64,000 nucleotides of DNA from Histomonas meleagridis 2922-C6/04-290x (GCA_020184695.1 JAANOX010000039.1:14912-78911); one strand, 5' to 3'; positions 1-10,974 are shown, counted from the first letter of the stretch. A program made the numbers and translations. Notes: generated by a model from the letters alone, not told the origin.

Positions 1-786
1 TGTTCTTGTATTTCTTTGTTGGTTTGGATTGTATTGGAATCTTTCGGTATTATTATCAATTCCATTAATGTTTGGATGTGGTTGTTGTTCACCTTCTTCA
101 TCTTCCTCATTATTATCAGAGATGAATGGAATAAGTTTCTTTAACGAAAAAGATGGGAATCCTCTTCGATTTCCGTTTTTCTTGATAAATCGGATGTATA
201 TATATGAAAGAGCAGAACCAAATAAGGTACATACAAAGTCATCAAATGTTGTGAATAATGCCAAAATGAGGGATATGAAAAGAATTGTAAATGGAAGCAT
301 TCTTATATGAATTGGGCCGCAAAAAGAAGGAACTTGAACTGGAAAGAGTTGATGAGCTAACGCCATGGATATTGCTGCTTGACTTGATGACCCTGTAAAA
401 ATTGGTCGACTTAATAATTCCGAATTTTTCGTAATTAGATATAGAATTAAAAAAAGTAATATCATTAGAATATTTGTATAAAATCCTGTCATATAGTATA
501 CGCGTAAAAATTCTTTGGAACCTATCATTGGTTCGATTAATTTTCCTATCATTAAAATTATAATGCCATCAAGAACACCTTTCAAAAGAGTGTCATAATA
601 AAACATACCTGTTAGCAGAATCCATATCTTTGGAAATGGGGTCCCAAATGATTGAACAATCAAACAAACATAAGGTCTAAAATTTGGAAGGTATCCTAAA
701 AAAGAAACAACACCCATAGCTACGCAAAGACATACTGATAATTTTGTTACTTTCTGTGGAAGAATTCTATTTGGATCGTTCATCAT
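1..786 (-). CDS. TMEM115/DUF1751-like rhomboid-superfamily membrane protein, 3'-truncated by the window edge and absent from the ORF track
   Basis: Manual translation from ATG at 786 is open for 262 codons to base 1 (MMNDPNRILPQ...). It has several hydrophobic segments and the motif GKLIEPMIGSKEFLR, resembling the GKxxEPxWGxxEF motif of TMEM115. Confidence 0.7.
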   Translation of the reverse strand, partial: MMNDPNRILPQKVTKLSVCLCVAMGVVSFLGYLPNFRPYVCLIVQSFGTPFPKIWILLTGMFYYDTLLKGVLDGIIILMIGKLIEPMIGSKEFLRVYYMTGFYTNILMILLFLILYLITKNSELLSRPIFTGSSSQAAISMALAHQLFPVQVPSFCGPIHIRMLPFTILFISLILALFTTFDDFVCTLFGSALSYIYIRFIKKNGNRRGFPSFSLKKLIPFISDNNEEDEEGEQQPHPNINGIDNNTERFQYNPNQQRNTRT

Positions 787-1383
787 GATTTTGAAATTAA
801 TATCGAACAAACATTGTCAAATCAAGTGTTTCTATTATGTAAAACAAGTTTTAAAATTTCAAAACCGTCAGAAATTGAATGCGATTTCATGTATTATCTT
901 GAAAATAATGAATGAATCAAAAACACTTAATTAAGAAAATTTAGATCATAATAAATAATTGATTTAATAATAATTAATAAAGATATTTGAATTTAAGAAT
1001 TATTAAAACAGTTTTGTTTCAATGAATAGAGATTCCTTTTTCATCACTAGTGATGAAAAAATTAAAAAAAAATTTTTACATTTGGTTCGCACTGGTTCTG
1101 CTAGCCGATGCTCATTTGGGAAACCATCTTATTACAACCTCATGTTTTTGATATTTTCTTTAGAGATCTTCAAACTGAAAAATAAACATATTCCCTTAAA
1201 AACTTTTACAATATGAAAGCAATCATTTGTTATAAAGCTTAATTTTTCTCTGTTCTTTTTAAGATCATAAAATAAGGATGTTAAAAAAAAAAAAAATTAT
1301 AACCATTTTCAATGAATTAAATGAATTCATTTTCAAATTAAATGATGTTAAAGAATGTTTTTCTTTATTTAAAAAACACTTAT

Positions 1384-2592
1384 TTATGGTGAATTCAACA
1401 AAAGTGTATTTAATTCTTGCGCTTCCTTAATCGACTTTGTTCTATTATCTTCACATAAAGAATTCAAATTTATTACCATTGGCGTACTCAATGGCCTATT
1501 ATTCTGTATTATGAATCCCATCATTTTGCAGAACATTCGGGCCTTTCTAAACATAGTTTGATTGTCTCGAATTCCTAATATTGTGTTAACGGTCGTCGAT
1601 ATATATTCATTTAAAAAAGCGTCTGAAGCGTGGCCAGAGAGGATATAGCTCGTAACAACATCAATAGAGGCAACAGTGAGATCCAGGTTTAACAAGATTT
1701 TGGGTATATTTTGGTTATTAGAAGATAATATATTTATCACCTCTTTGGCTACTTCTGTGTTATTTTCTATTAGAAACTGTATACCAGATGGTTGTAAGTT
1801 GATTTCTTCTACTAATGTCGAGTCTTTTTTGAGTTCTGTGATTAATGAATCGGATTCGCCACAGCGAAGCCGAAACTCTGTGGCTTTGTTAATAAGCGCA
1901 ATAGCAGCTGACCTTGATCCAACTGTAACACCTTCGTCGAAAATAAATGGTGGATTATCAAATGAATTAATTAATGATACTTCATCTTCAAAAATTGGTG
2001 ATAAATTTGGAGCTGGAAGAAATAGTGGTGCTTCAAAGTTATTCCAAAATGTTTGATCTTGTAGAATTTCAATAAGAACTTGGTTATGATCCATTACATT
2101 ATCGGAATCATTTTCTTCTCGCATAACAATAACAGGGGATATTCGAATGTGTGATGTGTCGACTGATAATGTTTGCTCTTTGGGATTTGGTACTTCTGAA
2201 AATGAAAAATTTGGACTGAAAATCTGTTGTATACTTAAGGATCCAATTGATTCAATTGAAATGCTGTTTATAATACTACGAGTTAATTCTTGTAGCTGTG
2301 GAGAATAAAGATTTGGGTCTGATAAACATGAATCAGATATGTATTGAAACACTGAAAAAAATGGATGATTTGAAATATCTTTAACTTGGGATTCACGGTA
2401 GAGAAAATATGTAGCAACAACTTGCTGCTTATGATCGAGAAGTCCATCTGTTAATAAAAGAGATAATGCTGTTAAAGCAGAAACTCTTTCTCCAAAACTT
2501 AATGAAGATGTAAAGTCGGTAAATATATCTGCTAGTTTCCTGTCTTCGTTGTTTAAAATTGAAAGAATTGCATGAGTTTCCTTTGGTTCCAT
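1384..2592 (-). CDS. CNOT11: CCR4-NOT subunit 11-like (DUF2363)
   Basis: C-terminal LIENNTEVA...LDLTVASIDVV...FLNEYIS...MFRKARMFC parallels CNOT11 LVENNPLVA...MSLHSMEVV...FIHLYIS...RLVRLVC. Start set at MEPKE (2592); the track ORF extends to 2679. Confidence 0.75.
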   Translation of the reverse strand: MEPKETHAILSILNNEDRKLADIFTDFTSSLSFGERVSALTALSLLLTDGLLDHKQQVVATYFLYRESQVKDISNHPFFSVFQYISDSCLSDPNLYSPQLQELTRSIINSISIESIGSLSIQQIFSPNFSFSEVPNPKEQTLSVDTSHIRISPVIVMREENDSDNVMDHNQVLIEILQDQTFWNNFEAPLFLPAPNLSPIFEDEVSLINSFDNPPFIFDEGVTVGSRSAAIALINKATEFRLRCGESDSLITELKKDSTLVEEINLQPSGIQFLIENNTEVAKEVINILSSNNQNIPKILLNLDLTVASIDVVTSYILSGHASDAFLNEYISTTVNTILGIRDNQTMFRKARMFCKMMGFIIQNNRPLSTPMVINLNSLCEDNRTKSIKEAQELNTLLLNSP

Positions 2593-3130
2593 TACAACAA
2601 ATTGAATATCTTTGTTTGTTTCCAATGAAGAAATATCACTGAAACAATCTAATGCTCTAGATTTAATATGTAAATACATTATTGCCAGAAGAGAAAATTA
2701 TCCTTTGAATTTAAATTTTGAAAATTGTTTTTAATTTTTTTTTCATTTCATCTACCATTATCAATAATGTGTATCATTTTCTGGGAAGTTAAAATCATGA
2801 ATTTTAAGCATTTGTAATAAGCTACATATAGCAATTTGGCATTTTTGTTCAAGAACGTAATAAATCAAGATCTTGAAAAACATTTCTAAACTTAAAACAT
2901 TTCTTGAAATTTCAACATTTTAAAGAATTTAAATTAAATTAAAAAATATATATTTAAATTCCATATATTTTAAAATAAAATACAATTGCCCATTGGAAAT
3001 CTATTAAAAATTTGTTTGGTTTTATTTTTAATTACGAATTTTGTTATACCAAAAACTGATTTTTACTGGTAATTGTAAAATTTTTATTTAATGTTTCGGT
3101 ATAGTTTTGTAACAAAACTATATTTTGTTG

Positions 3131-4147
3131 ATGGCAAGTACGAAGTTATTTCCTCTTGCAAACATTGTTTCAGTTGAAGCATACGAACCAGTCGGATATT
3201 TATGGCATATTCCTAAAATTGGTTCAGGAATATGTCCAAGTTGTAACAATCCTGTTGATAAAACAATACTTAATTTTGGTGGGTATGATTGGCATCCAGA
3301 ATGTTTCAACTGTAGTTTATGCAATGAACCATTTACAGATGAAGGATGCGTTCATAAAGGAGATTTAATTCTTCACCAAAAGTGTTTTAAGAAATGCTTT
3401 TGTGATAGGTGTACAAAGTGCACGAAATTAATCTCACCTAGTAAGAAGGTTGAAGCAATAGGAAAATCTTTTCATAGAAAATGTTTTATATGTACAAAAT
3501 GTGGTGAAAATAACATAGAAACAAAATTTTTTACAATATATCAAAGTCCTTTTTGTAATCATTGTTATGAAGAAATTTCTCAACATTTCCCTAAATGTAT
3601 TACTTGTTCCAAGCCGATTAATCCATCTGGAAATTATAAAGAAATATTTTACCATGGTAAGAAATATTTTGTTCATTCACATGGATGTTATATGTGCCAA
3701 TTTTGCCCAAATAACTTAACTGATGGGAAATTTAATATATATAAAGGAAAGATATTATGTGGTACTTGTTACAAAAATGGTCTGACAAAAATATGTGGTG
3801 TATGTAATGAACCAATTTTCGAATATGCAAATGTAATTGAAAGTGTTTGGTTCCATCGAGAACATTTTATTTGTTCAGTTTGTAGTCAACCAATATCACA
3901 AAACAATTGTGTTCTAATAAACGGTATACTAAAGTGTAATGCATGTGCAGCAGAACTTAGGTGCCCTGGATGCGGTGGAATCGTACAAGATGAAGGAAGG
4001 AAATTATGCAAAGAAACTTGGCATAAAAAATGCATAAAATGCCAATTTTGCAACAAAGATTTATCTGGATCTAACTCAAGATTAGTTTTCTTCAAGAAAG
4101 GTCCGTGCTGTTTAGAATGTCATAAAAAACAAAAAGCATCAAATTAG
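3131..4147 (+). CDS. Multi-LIM-domain protein (paxillin/PINCH-like)
   Basis: Five to six CxxC...WHxxCFxCxxC...CxxC LIM motifs; first ATG at 3131. Confidence 0.9.
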   Translation: MASTKLFPLANIVSVEAYEPVGYLWHIPKIGSGICPSCNNPVDKTILNFGGYDWHPECFNCSLCNEPFTDEGCVHKGDLILHQKCFKKCFCDRCTKCTKLISPSKKVEAIGKSFHRKCFICTKCGENNIETKFFTIYQSPFCNHCYEEISQHFPKCITCSKPINPSGNYKEIFYHGKKYFVHSHGCYMCQFCPNNLTDGKFNIYKGKILCGTCYKNGLTKICGVCNEPIFEYANVIESVWFHREHFICSVCSQPISQNNCVLINGILKCNACAAELRCPGCGGIVQDEGRKLCKETWHKKCIKCQFCNKDLSGSNSRLVFFKKGPCCLECHKKQKASN

Positions 4148-4363
4148 TTGAAGATAAACAATTAATTGTTTTTCCAATTTTTTCTTCTTAAACATTTATT
4201 TTATTATTTATTGAATTAATTGATTTAAATCCATAATAAATAATATGTTAAAATGATATTGAATTGCATATTAATGTATTTGATGAAAAAATCATAAAAA
4301 ACCGATACCATAACTGTAATGCTCTGAATTTTATGTAAAACGATATGTCGACCGTTTATCACT

Positions 4364-5023
4364 ATGACTCAGACCATCGCTTCCCTTCTTAAAAGGCCTG
4401 AAAATGAATATTGTGCAGACTGCAAAAAGAAGATTCCAACATGGGCTAGTTCAAATTTAGGTATTTTTATTTGTATTGATTGCAGTGGAATCCATCGTTC
4501 TCTTGGTACGCACATTTCATTCGTACGTTCTTGTACTTTGGACACATGGACTACTGATCAAATTAATTTTATGGCTTCTGTTGGAAATAAGATTGGAAAT
4601 GAATATTGGGAAGCAAAACTTCCTGATGACTTCAAGAGACCTGATCCAGCAAATAGTTTCCAAATGACAAACTTTATCAGACAGAAGTATGTACAAAGAA
4701 AGTGGGCAGCAGATGGTCCACCTCCATCTCCGATTAATTCACAAAGAAACTTTCAACCGAAGCCAAAATCTGAAACGCCTGAAGAAACAAAGAACGAGCC
4801 ACAAAAGATCCAAACTACCCCAGCTCATAAATCCAAAAGTCTCGAAACAATCAATCGAAATGATGTGACAATCGAAGATATATTTGGAACAAGTACAATG
4901 TCACACCAAAGAATAACACATAACTACCAACCACAACAGCAAAGCACAGAAATTTCTGCTGCAAGAAAACCAGGTAAAAAGATACCTGAAAGACTTCTTC
5001 GCAAAATGAGAAATGACAACTAG
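4364..5023 (+). CDS. ArfGAP (SMAP-like)
   Basis: CADC-x16[20 protein letters not shown] zinc finger, followed by GN..GNEYWEA and FIRQKY. Confidence 0.95.
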   Translation: MTQTIASLLKRPENEYCADCKKKIPTWASSNLGIFICIDCSGIHRSLGTHISFVRSCTLDTWTTDQINFMASVGNKIGNEYWEAKLPDDFKRPDPANSFQMTNFIRQKYVQRKWAADGPPPSPINSQRNFQPKPKSETPEETKNEPQKIQTTPAHKSKSLETINRNDVTIEDIFGTSTMSHQRITHNYQPQQQSTEISAARKPGKKIPERLLRKMRNDN

Positions 5024-5085
5024 TTACATTTAATATTGTATTTTGCAATACTTACAAAATGATTTTTAGAAACAAAATCGAATAA

Positions 5086-5823
5086 TTATTGATTATTCGT
5101 ATTCAAATATTCTTTCGTAAACTTAATTAATTCCTCAACTGTTGATCTTTTTAGTGTTGTGAGATCTACAACAATCTCAGTACCACTAATGTTTTGTTTT
5201 TTTTCGTGCTTTGATATTAATTGGAGAATTTTTTCATGGTAACTGTCATCTTTAATTTCATTGGAAACACCAGAGAGCCAATGAAGATCATCAATACTTA
5301 TGAAATTATTTGGCTGTATATCCTTTGGAACTTTTTGGGAAAGATTTCGTGTATATGAAGAATATTTTTCTGGACACTTCAACATAGAACGGCATGACTT
5401 CTCACGATACTTGAGAACTTGTTGAAACCATTCTACTGGCGAACAATTGAAAAGGAATTTTGCTTTTGCTTTTTTAAATATTTTTTGAAAATCATTTTCT
5501 ATTTCTGGAATTTGCTCGCAGTAGCCTTTAATTATTGAAAAAATTGAATTTTCCCATGATTCTAATGATTCAAATTGATCATTTTTCAGATCGCTAATAG
5601 ACATATTAATTGCTTCTGTTAAACCTTGCATTAAAGGGTGATTCTTTAATTCTTCCATTGTTGAAATTGCACCATTTTTTTCTGATAGCTTCATGAAGCT
5701 GTTACCCAAACTAAACAAAGGTTCACAAAAAATCACTTCACGTCCTGAGACCGTTACACAAATTGAAAAAATTGTATCAACATTGAATCTTGTTGGAAAT
5801 TTGGAGTGATTGTAAGCCGACAT
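5086..5823 (-). CDS. Degenerate bromodomain plus C-terminal ET/NET-domain protein
   Basis: C-terminal ILQLISKHE...EIVVDLTTLKRSTVEELIKF matches the ET domain. The N-terminal half is weakly bromodomain-like. Start uncertain (5823 or 5694). Confidence 0.55.
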   Translation of the reverse strand: MSAYNHSKFPTRFNVDTIFSICVTVSGREVIFCEPLFSLGNSFMKLSEKNGAISTMEELKNHPLMQGLTEAINMSISDLKNDQFESLESWENSIFSIIKGYCEQIPEIENDFQKIFKKAKAKFLFNCSPVEWFQQVLKYREKSCRSMLKCPEKYSSYTRNLSQKVPKDIQPNNFISIDDLHWLSGVSNEIKDDSYHEKILQLISKHEKKQNISGTEIVVDLTTLKRSTVEELIKFTKEYLNTNNQ

Positions 5824-7020
5824 ACCAAAACAAAAAAATCCAAAATGAGCAATCAAAGGAAAGAAACAAAAACGAAACAAATAATTCACAACAAATTGGA
5901 ATTCCTTGTATTTGTTAAACAAATAATTTTCAATTTGAATGAAGAAAATATTATTCAATCCTTTAATTCGTTAATCACTCAATTTGATGGAAACCATTTT
6001 TACTCATTCAACCTTTATGTTAGTCAAATGATATATATACTTTTTAGTATGCGAATAAATCATTATGAAATTTATTTTGATTTTATAAAAAAAATTGAAC
6101 AATATGAAGAGAATAACAACAAACCCAAAATTTTAGGAGCGTTTACAAGTTTCCTTTTGCTTGAGCACAAATTAGATCAAGAAACATATATATTCTTGAG
6201 TATTTGATTGAAAATAAATACATTGAACCAAAAATTGCCAAAGATATAGATATTCCATATTTTATACACTATATGTCTGAAGAAGAAATTAATGAATTAG
6301 AAAAAGATAATTATTTTGGGCAAATCCAAGAAAATTATGATAAACTATCAAAGAATGATTGGGAACTTCATAAACGTTTCATAAAAGAAGGAAATAATAA
6401 ATTTGGAATCGCAAAAATAATACGGAATGATGATGTTGAAAAACTTCAAAAAATTTCATCACAAACGAATTTTGATTTTAATCAATATATTGAGCAATCA
6501 ATGTATGAAAGATGTTCATTTATTAATCAATGGAATATTTCATTAATAGATTATGCAGCATTTTTTGGTTCAATTAAATGTTTCAAATATTTACTTATGA
6601 ATGGTGCAGATGTTTATTATACAGGTAAATATGCAATTGCAAGTGGAAATGCAGAAATCATTCATTTATGTGAACAAAATCATGCATCATTTAAAGGTGC
6701 ATATGAAACAGCAATACAATTTCATCAAAAAGATATCTTCAAATATTTATATGAATACAAAATAAGGGTAATTGATAATTTAGAAGAATTAGGAAAGTTT
6801 TGTATTTTATATCATAACTATGAAATCTTTTTATTCTTACTTGAAAATGGATTGAAAATTGATGATGATATTATAAATGAATCAGCAAAGATCTGTAACT
6901 TGTTTTTATTCGAATATTTTCTTCTAAATTATAAAATCCGAAAAAATATTTTATCATATTCTTCAAATTCTGGAAATATTGAACTTGTCAAATATATTTT
7001 AGAGCAAAAAGGAATTGATA

Positions 7021-7768
7021 TTAATGCTAAAAATATTTATTTGTTTTACTTGAAATTTATTTTAATAATTTTATATTTCAAAATAATATTTGGAAATTAT
7101 TTAAATTATTTGAAACAGCACTTATATATGCATCTGATGAAGGTTATACAGAAATAGTTCAATTACTTCTTGAACAAGAAGGAATTGATATTAATGCTAA
7201 ATATATTTATTTGTTTTATTTAATGTTTATTTTAATAATTTCTTATTTCAAAATAATATTTGGAAATTATTTAAATTATTTAAAACAGCACTTATGAAAG
7301 CATCTGAAAATGGTCATACAGAAATAGTTAAATTGCTTCTTGAACAAGAAGTAATTGATATTAATGCTAAAGATATTTATTTGTTTTATTTATAATTTAT
7401 TTAAATAATTTTATATTTCAAAATAATATTTGGAAATTATTTAAATTATTATATACAGCACTTATGTTAGCAACTAAAAATGGTTACACAGAAATAGTTA
7501 AATTACTTCTTGATCAAAAAGGAATTGATATTAATGCTAAAAATATACATTTGTTTTATTTGAAATTTATTTCAATAATTTTATATTTCAAAATAATATT
7601 TGGAAATTATTTAAATTATTTGAAACAGCACTTATATATGCATCTGATGAAGGTTATACAGAAATAGTTCAATTACTTCTTGAACAAGAAGGAATTGATA
7701 TTAATGCTAAATATATTTATTTGTTTTATTTAATGTTTATTTTAATAATTTTATATTTCAAAATAATA
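7021..7768 (+). repeat. 170-nt tandem unit (90-nt ankyrin block + 80-nt spacer), about 4.4 copies
   Basis: ttaatgctaa recurs at 7021, 7191, 7361, 7531 and 7701. 7111-7250 is near-identical to 7621-7760. Confidence 0.95.
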
Positions 7769-7844
7769 TAGGATGTCCGGTAGAAGTATTAGCATCTCAA
7801 AATAGAAAGAAAATAAATAAAAACAAAAAATATTATTTTTTTCT

Positions 7845-8852
7845 TTAGTGAATGTATTCACCTTTGGTATCAATAACTCTTTGTAATCTCTCTTCCCAGT
7901 TTAGAAAAGCTCGGTTCAATTCATCTTTTGAAATGTCATTCAAAATTCGATGAACCTGATGTCTTAACTGTTCAGGGGTTTCAAATAAATAACCCTTGAG
8001 CTTTTCTTTGACATTACCCAAAAGATAAAAATCTGATGGTGCTACGTCAGGTGAATATGGGGGATGTGGAGCTCTTTTCATCTGGTTCGAGTCAATAAAA
8101 TTTGTGGTGATGCGAGCAGTATGCGGTTTTGCATTGTCAACGTGCAAAATTAAATTTTTATCAGAACCATCATTGAATCTTTGAACAAGTTTAGATAAAA
8201 TATTATTCACGTAGTAGTGTACATTAAACTTTTGATTTTTAGGAAGACAGTCAACGATGGCAAAACCATTTGGATTGAAATATATTGACAACATGGATTT
8301 TTGAGAGGAAATTTTTTTTGATACAATTTCTTATGAATTATTACCTATTTGTACCCATCTTTCCTGATAATCATAGTTTAAATAGCACCATTATTCATCT
8401 CCTGTAACAAAATGCCTCCAGGAATCTTTTTTTGCAGTTCTAATGACACTTAATAGTTTGATACATAATCGAACCCGCACTTTTTTTTGCTCTGGTTTAA
8501 GAGAATTGGGTATCCAATGAAGGTGTCTGCAAACGAACCCAATTTTGATTATATAATCGTAAACAGTTGACCTTGGGATATTTGTTTTATGGGCTATTTG
8601 CCTAACTGAAAAAAAAGGGAATTCATCAAGCCCCTTAAAAATTTTTTCATCAGTGTTTGATGGTTCAGTGAAATTATTTGATTCTTTAGACTCATTACTA
8701 TTTGTTCCGATTGTTCCTAATCTAATTGCTCTAGTAATACTTTGTTATGATTTACAGGAAGCACCTAAAGTCTCTTTCATATCATTATATATTTTAACAG
8801 CTGTCCATCCTTTTAGGCTGAGATATCTTGCGACACTATTTTGGTCAATCAT
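7845..8852 (-). pseudogene. Mariner transposase pseudogene
   Basis: ATG at 8852 (MIDQNSVARYL). In-frame TAA near 8745 and in GDE*W, plus a further stop and a frameshift near 8310-8340. Only the C-terminal 149 aa are open. Confidence 0.85.
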
Positions 8853-8953
8853 TTTTTGTGTGTTTGAAATGTGACAAAAATAAAATCCTCAATTTTTTTT
8901 GACAGAAAATCCAAAATTTCCCAAATTGTCTGAAATATTTAATAAATATTGTA

Positions 8954-8954
<1 letters not shown>

Positions 8955-8980
<26 letters not shown>
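8955..8980. repeat. (TA)13 microsatellite inside the mariner 5' non-coding region
   Basis: Direct reading of the sequence. Confidence 0.9.
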
Positions 8981-8987
<7 letters not shown>

Positions 8988-9720
8988 TGTATGCGAAGTG
9001 CTCTATTAATATCATTATAATATAATGATATTAATTAAATTCATTGTCTATATATAGAGATGCTAGCATTTCGACCGGACATCCTATATAAGGGAATTAT
9101 TTAAATCATAATAATATAGTTCAAATACTTTTAAGCAATGAGGAATTAAAATAAATGAGAAAACATCAACACATCGATTCAAACAAATGAAATAGGTGAT
9201 TATTCTCAGATTCATTATTATTTAAGAATTTGATATCAATAATAATCCGATGTTGTGCTTTTCGATTATGTATTTCATTAATTGTTACAATTCAAATTTT
9301 AAATTATAAACGGCATTATTATCAATTTGAGAAATACTTCAACTCTAAATTCTTCAATAGTTTTTCGTTGAAAATCAAAGAGTATGGACAACTTCGGATA
9401 TTGAGTTTTAATATAAATTTTTAGGCAAGATCGGATCTATAAAAATTTTTATAAACAAAATTTTGTTCATTGGCTAATCTGACAAATGTTATTCAACAAA
9501 TATTTTGAGGTTAAAGTGTTCATCCAAAGGAATTAGGGTATATATGTAAATTGCATAATAAATTTGTCGAATAATTTAAATCATGAGTACTCTAAAAATA
9601 ACAGTTCCTCCTCCGCCAAACTTATCAGAATAAAGGATCTTTTCAAAAGAAATTATTACGAATGAGAAACTCATTGAATTCAATGAAAACAATTTTTAGT
9701 TAAAAAGCAAAGTATAATTA

Positions 9721-10974
9721 TAGTGGGAGACACGTCGGTTGAACTCTTATTTTTTTAAACAGCTATTTTTCAAAATGTTTACATATATTTTCACAACTTT
9801 ACATTTTTTTCGAAAGTTCAAAAGATATGTCTCATTCAAATCAAAATGGTTTTATTGAAAATCATCGAAAAAGTTATTCTGGATCTCCATAAAGTCTAAA
9901 AATCGTTCGATCTGTGGTGGCATTTACAATTCTCAGCCTTTTTGGAATACTCATGACAAGTCCGTTTATCGTCTGTCATTGGAGGGCTTCCCAAACATCC
10001 TTTACAATTTTTATCAAATCATCAATGGTTTTGGGCTGAAGTGCTTCTACTCTGGTTTCCATAATTGCCGAGACTACTTCAATAATGTTCAAGTCTGAGC
10101 TATATGGAGGCCAATCTATCAAAATATTTATTTCCAATTCATTTAAAACGCGCATTGTTTCTTTGGAGATATGAGGACGAGCATGGTCCTGCATGAGTGT
10201 CCATTCGCTGATCCCGTACTTTTTATCTGCTTCTTCAATTAAATTAGAACCGAAAATTATTTGTTCAATATAATTCTCTGAGTTCAATGTTCCTTCAATG
10301 ATTACCAAGTCCGTTTTAGATTGATATCCAATGCCACCCCATATCATAATTTTTGGTGAATGCGATTTTTGATTCGATAAAACTTCATTGGTTATCTGAG
10401 TTTTGACAACCCAAACCCAGCGTTTATTTTGTCTTAAAATAAACCACGATTCATCAGTAAACACAGTTTTTAAAAAATTTGTACTATTTTCAATATGAAA
10501 TTTTGTAAATTCATATCTTTTCTGAGCTGCAGCTGGTGTGATATATACAGATCGAATTGGTAATCTGTATATTAAACCATTTCTCCTTCTATGTCTATTC
10601 ACAGTTCTACCTGAAATTTTCAATCCAAAAAATTCATATAATTCATGAGCTAATTTTTCACCAGATATATGAGGATCTTCAATTGTTCTGCAGTGAATGT
10701 ACACCGAATGAACATCTTTGATTTTTTTCTCATAAATTCTTTGCGTTGGCATTAGATTTGATAATGAATTATATATTGTATTTTTGGAAATATCTAAAAC
10801 TTTTTGACTCAGGTTTATATTCCCACCCAGCGTAATGTAAACGTGTCTGATGTATGCGTATCTTTGCGCAATGAGAATAGATTTTAAAAAACTTTTCATT
10901 TGACAAATGCCGTTTATTAATTTGTTTCATACAAACAGTGATTTTGTGAGGTTCAACAGCAATGTCTTCCACTA
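9721..10974 (-). mobile_element. Decayed Tc1/IS630-like DDE transposon, about 1.25 kb
   Basis: Imperfect 24-bp TIRs: TAGTGGGAGACACGTCGGTTGAAC (9721-9744) and revcomp TAGTGGAAGACATTGCTGTTGAAC (10951-10974), 19/24 match. TA at 9719-20 and 10975-76. The internal ORF has FTDESWF, MQDHARPH and WPPYSSDLNIIE. Confidence 0.85.
9937..10899 (-). pseudogene. Tc1-like transposase with premature TGA at 9976-9978
   Basis: Beyond the stop the frame continues QTINGLVMSIPKRLRIV, the usual Tc1 C-terminal LVxSMPxR motif. The end coordinate is approximate. Confidence 0.7.

Larger units (their letters stand above)
7769..9086 (-). mobile_element. Decayed mariner (DD34D) transposon, about 1.3 kb
   Basis: TIR core GGATGTCCGGT.GAA....TAGCATCTC at 7771-7798 and, reverse-complemented, at 9057-9084 (24/28 match). 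TA lies on both flanks. Transposase motifs TGDE, HVDNAKPH and YSPDVAPSDFYL are present. Confidence 0.92.
5845..9141 (+). pseudogene. DUF3447/ankyrin-repeat gene, locus 1: 2-nt frameshift near 6190, spacer-interrupted repeats, mariner in last spacer
   Basis: Family motifs NDWELHK, IIRNDDVEKLQ, LIDYAAFFGSIKCFKYLL. Ankyrin blocks TAL..AS..G.TEIV.LLL.Q.GIDINAK recur every 170 nt from 7021 to 7770. A short tail follows the transposon and ends at TGA 9139-9141. Confidence 0.75.

Noticed and set aside
1022-1216. Short AT-rich ORFs (1022-1216, 9230-9424, 24292-24516, 62218-62484) as genes
   Set aside because: No recognisable motif, and composition resembles intergenic DNA.
1676-2056. Numerous antisense or nested ORFs of 60-130 aa (e.g. 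1676-2056, 14197-14388, 35214-35576, 57247-57564)
   Set aside because: They are shadows of well-supported genes on the other strand or frame, mostly with non-ATG starts.
7098-7107. -1 frameshift heptamer T TTA AAT after FGN as the general mechanism
   Set aside because: It is present in many copies but absent in others. Several spacers have in-frame TAA before it, and gap1 of 31, 52 or 53 nt breaks the frame. It would also insert about 23 residues into each ankyrin loop.
7035-7118. Canonical GT-AG intron using the GT in TTTGTTTT and the AG in ACAG
   Set aside because: The join is out of frame and deletes the conserved Thr. Several copies lack the GT (16755 copy) or the AG (ACAT at 16665, ACTG at 16331), and there is no ACTAAC branch motif.
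7035-7157. Spacer read-through as a transmembrane tail (IYLFYLKFILIILYFKIIFG)
   Set aside because: T-rich DNA gives F/I/L/Y by composition, and homologous spacers in loci 2 and 4 stop immediately. A tail-anchored unprocessed isoform is not excluded but is unsupported.
7372-7456. U12-type AT-AC intron (g|ATATTT...AC|a)
   Set aside because: Removing 84 nt does not restore frame, the Thr codon is lost, and there is no ATATCC or TCCTTAAC signal.
7464-7667. Track ORFs 7464-7667 and 48256-48483 as independent genes
   Set aside because: They are single ankyrin blocks reading into the next spacer.
7021-7770. CRISPR-like array
   Set aside because: The context is eukaryotic, the units encode ankyrin repeats, spacers are homologous to each other, and there are no cas genes.
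8653-8874. Short + strand ORF and ORF 10769-11074
   Set aside because: One is antisense to the mariner transposase; the other overlaps the Tc1 TIR and 5' end.
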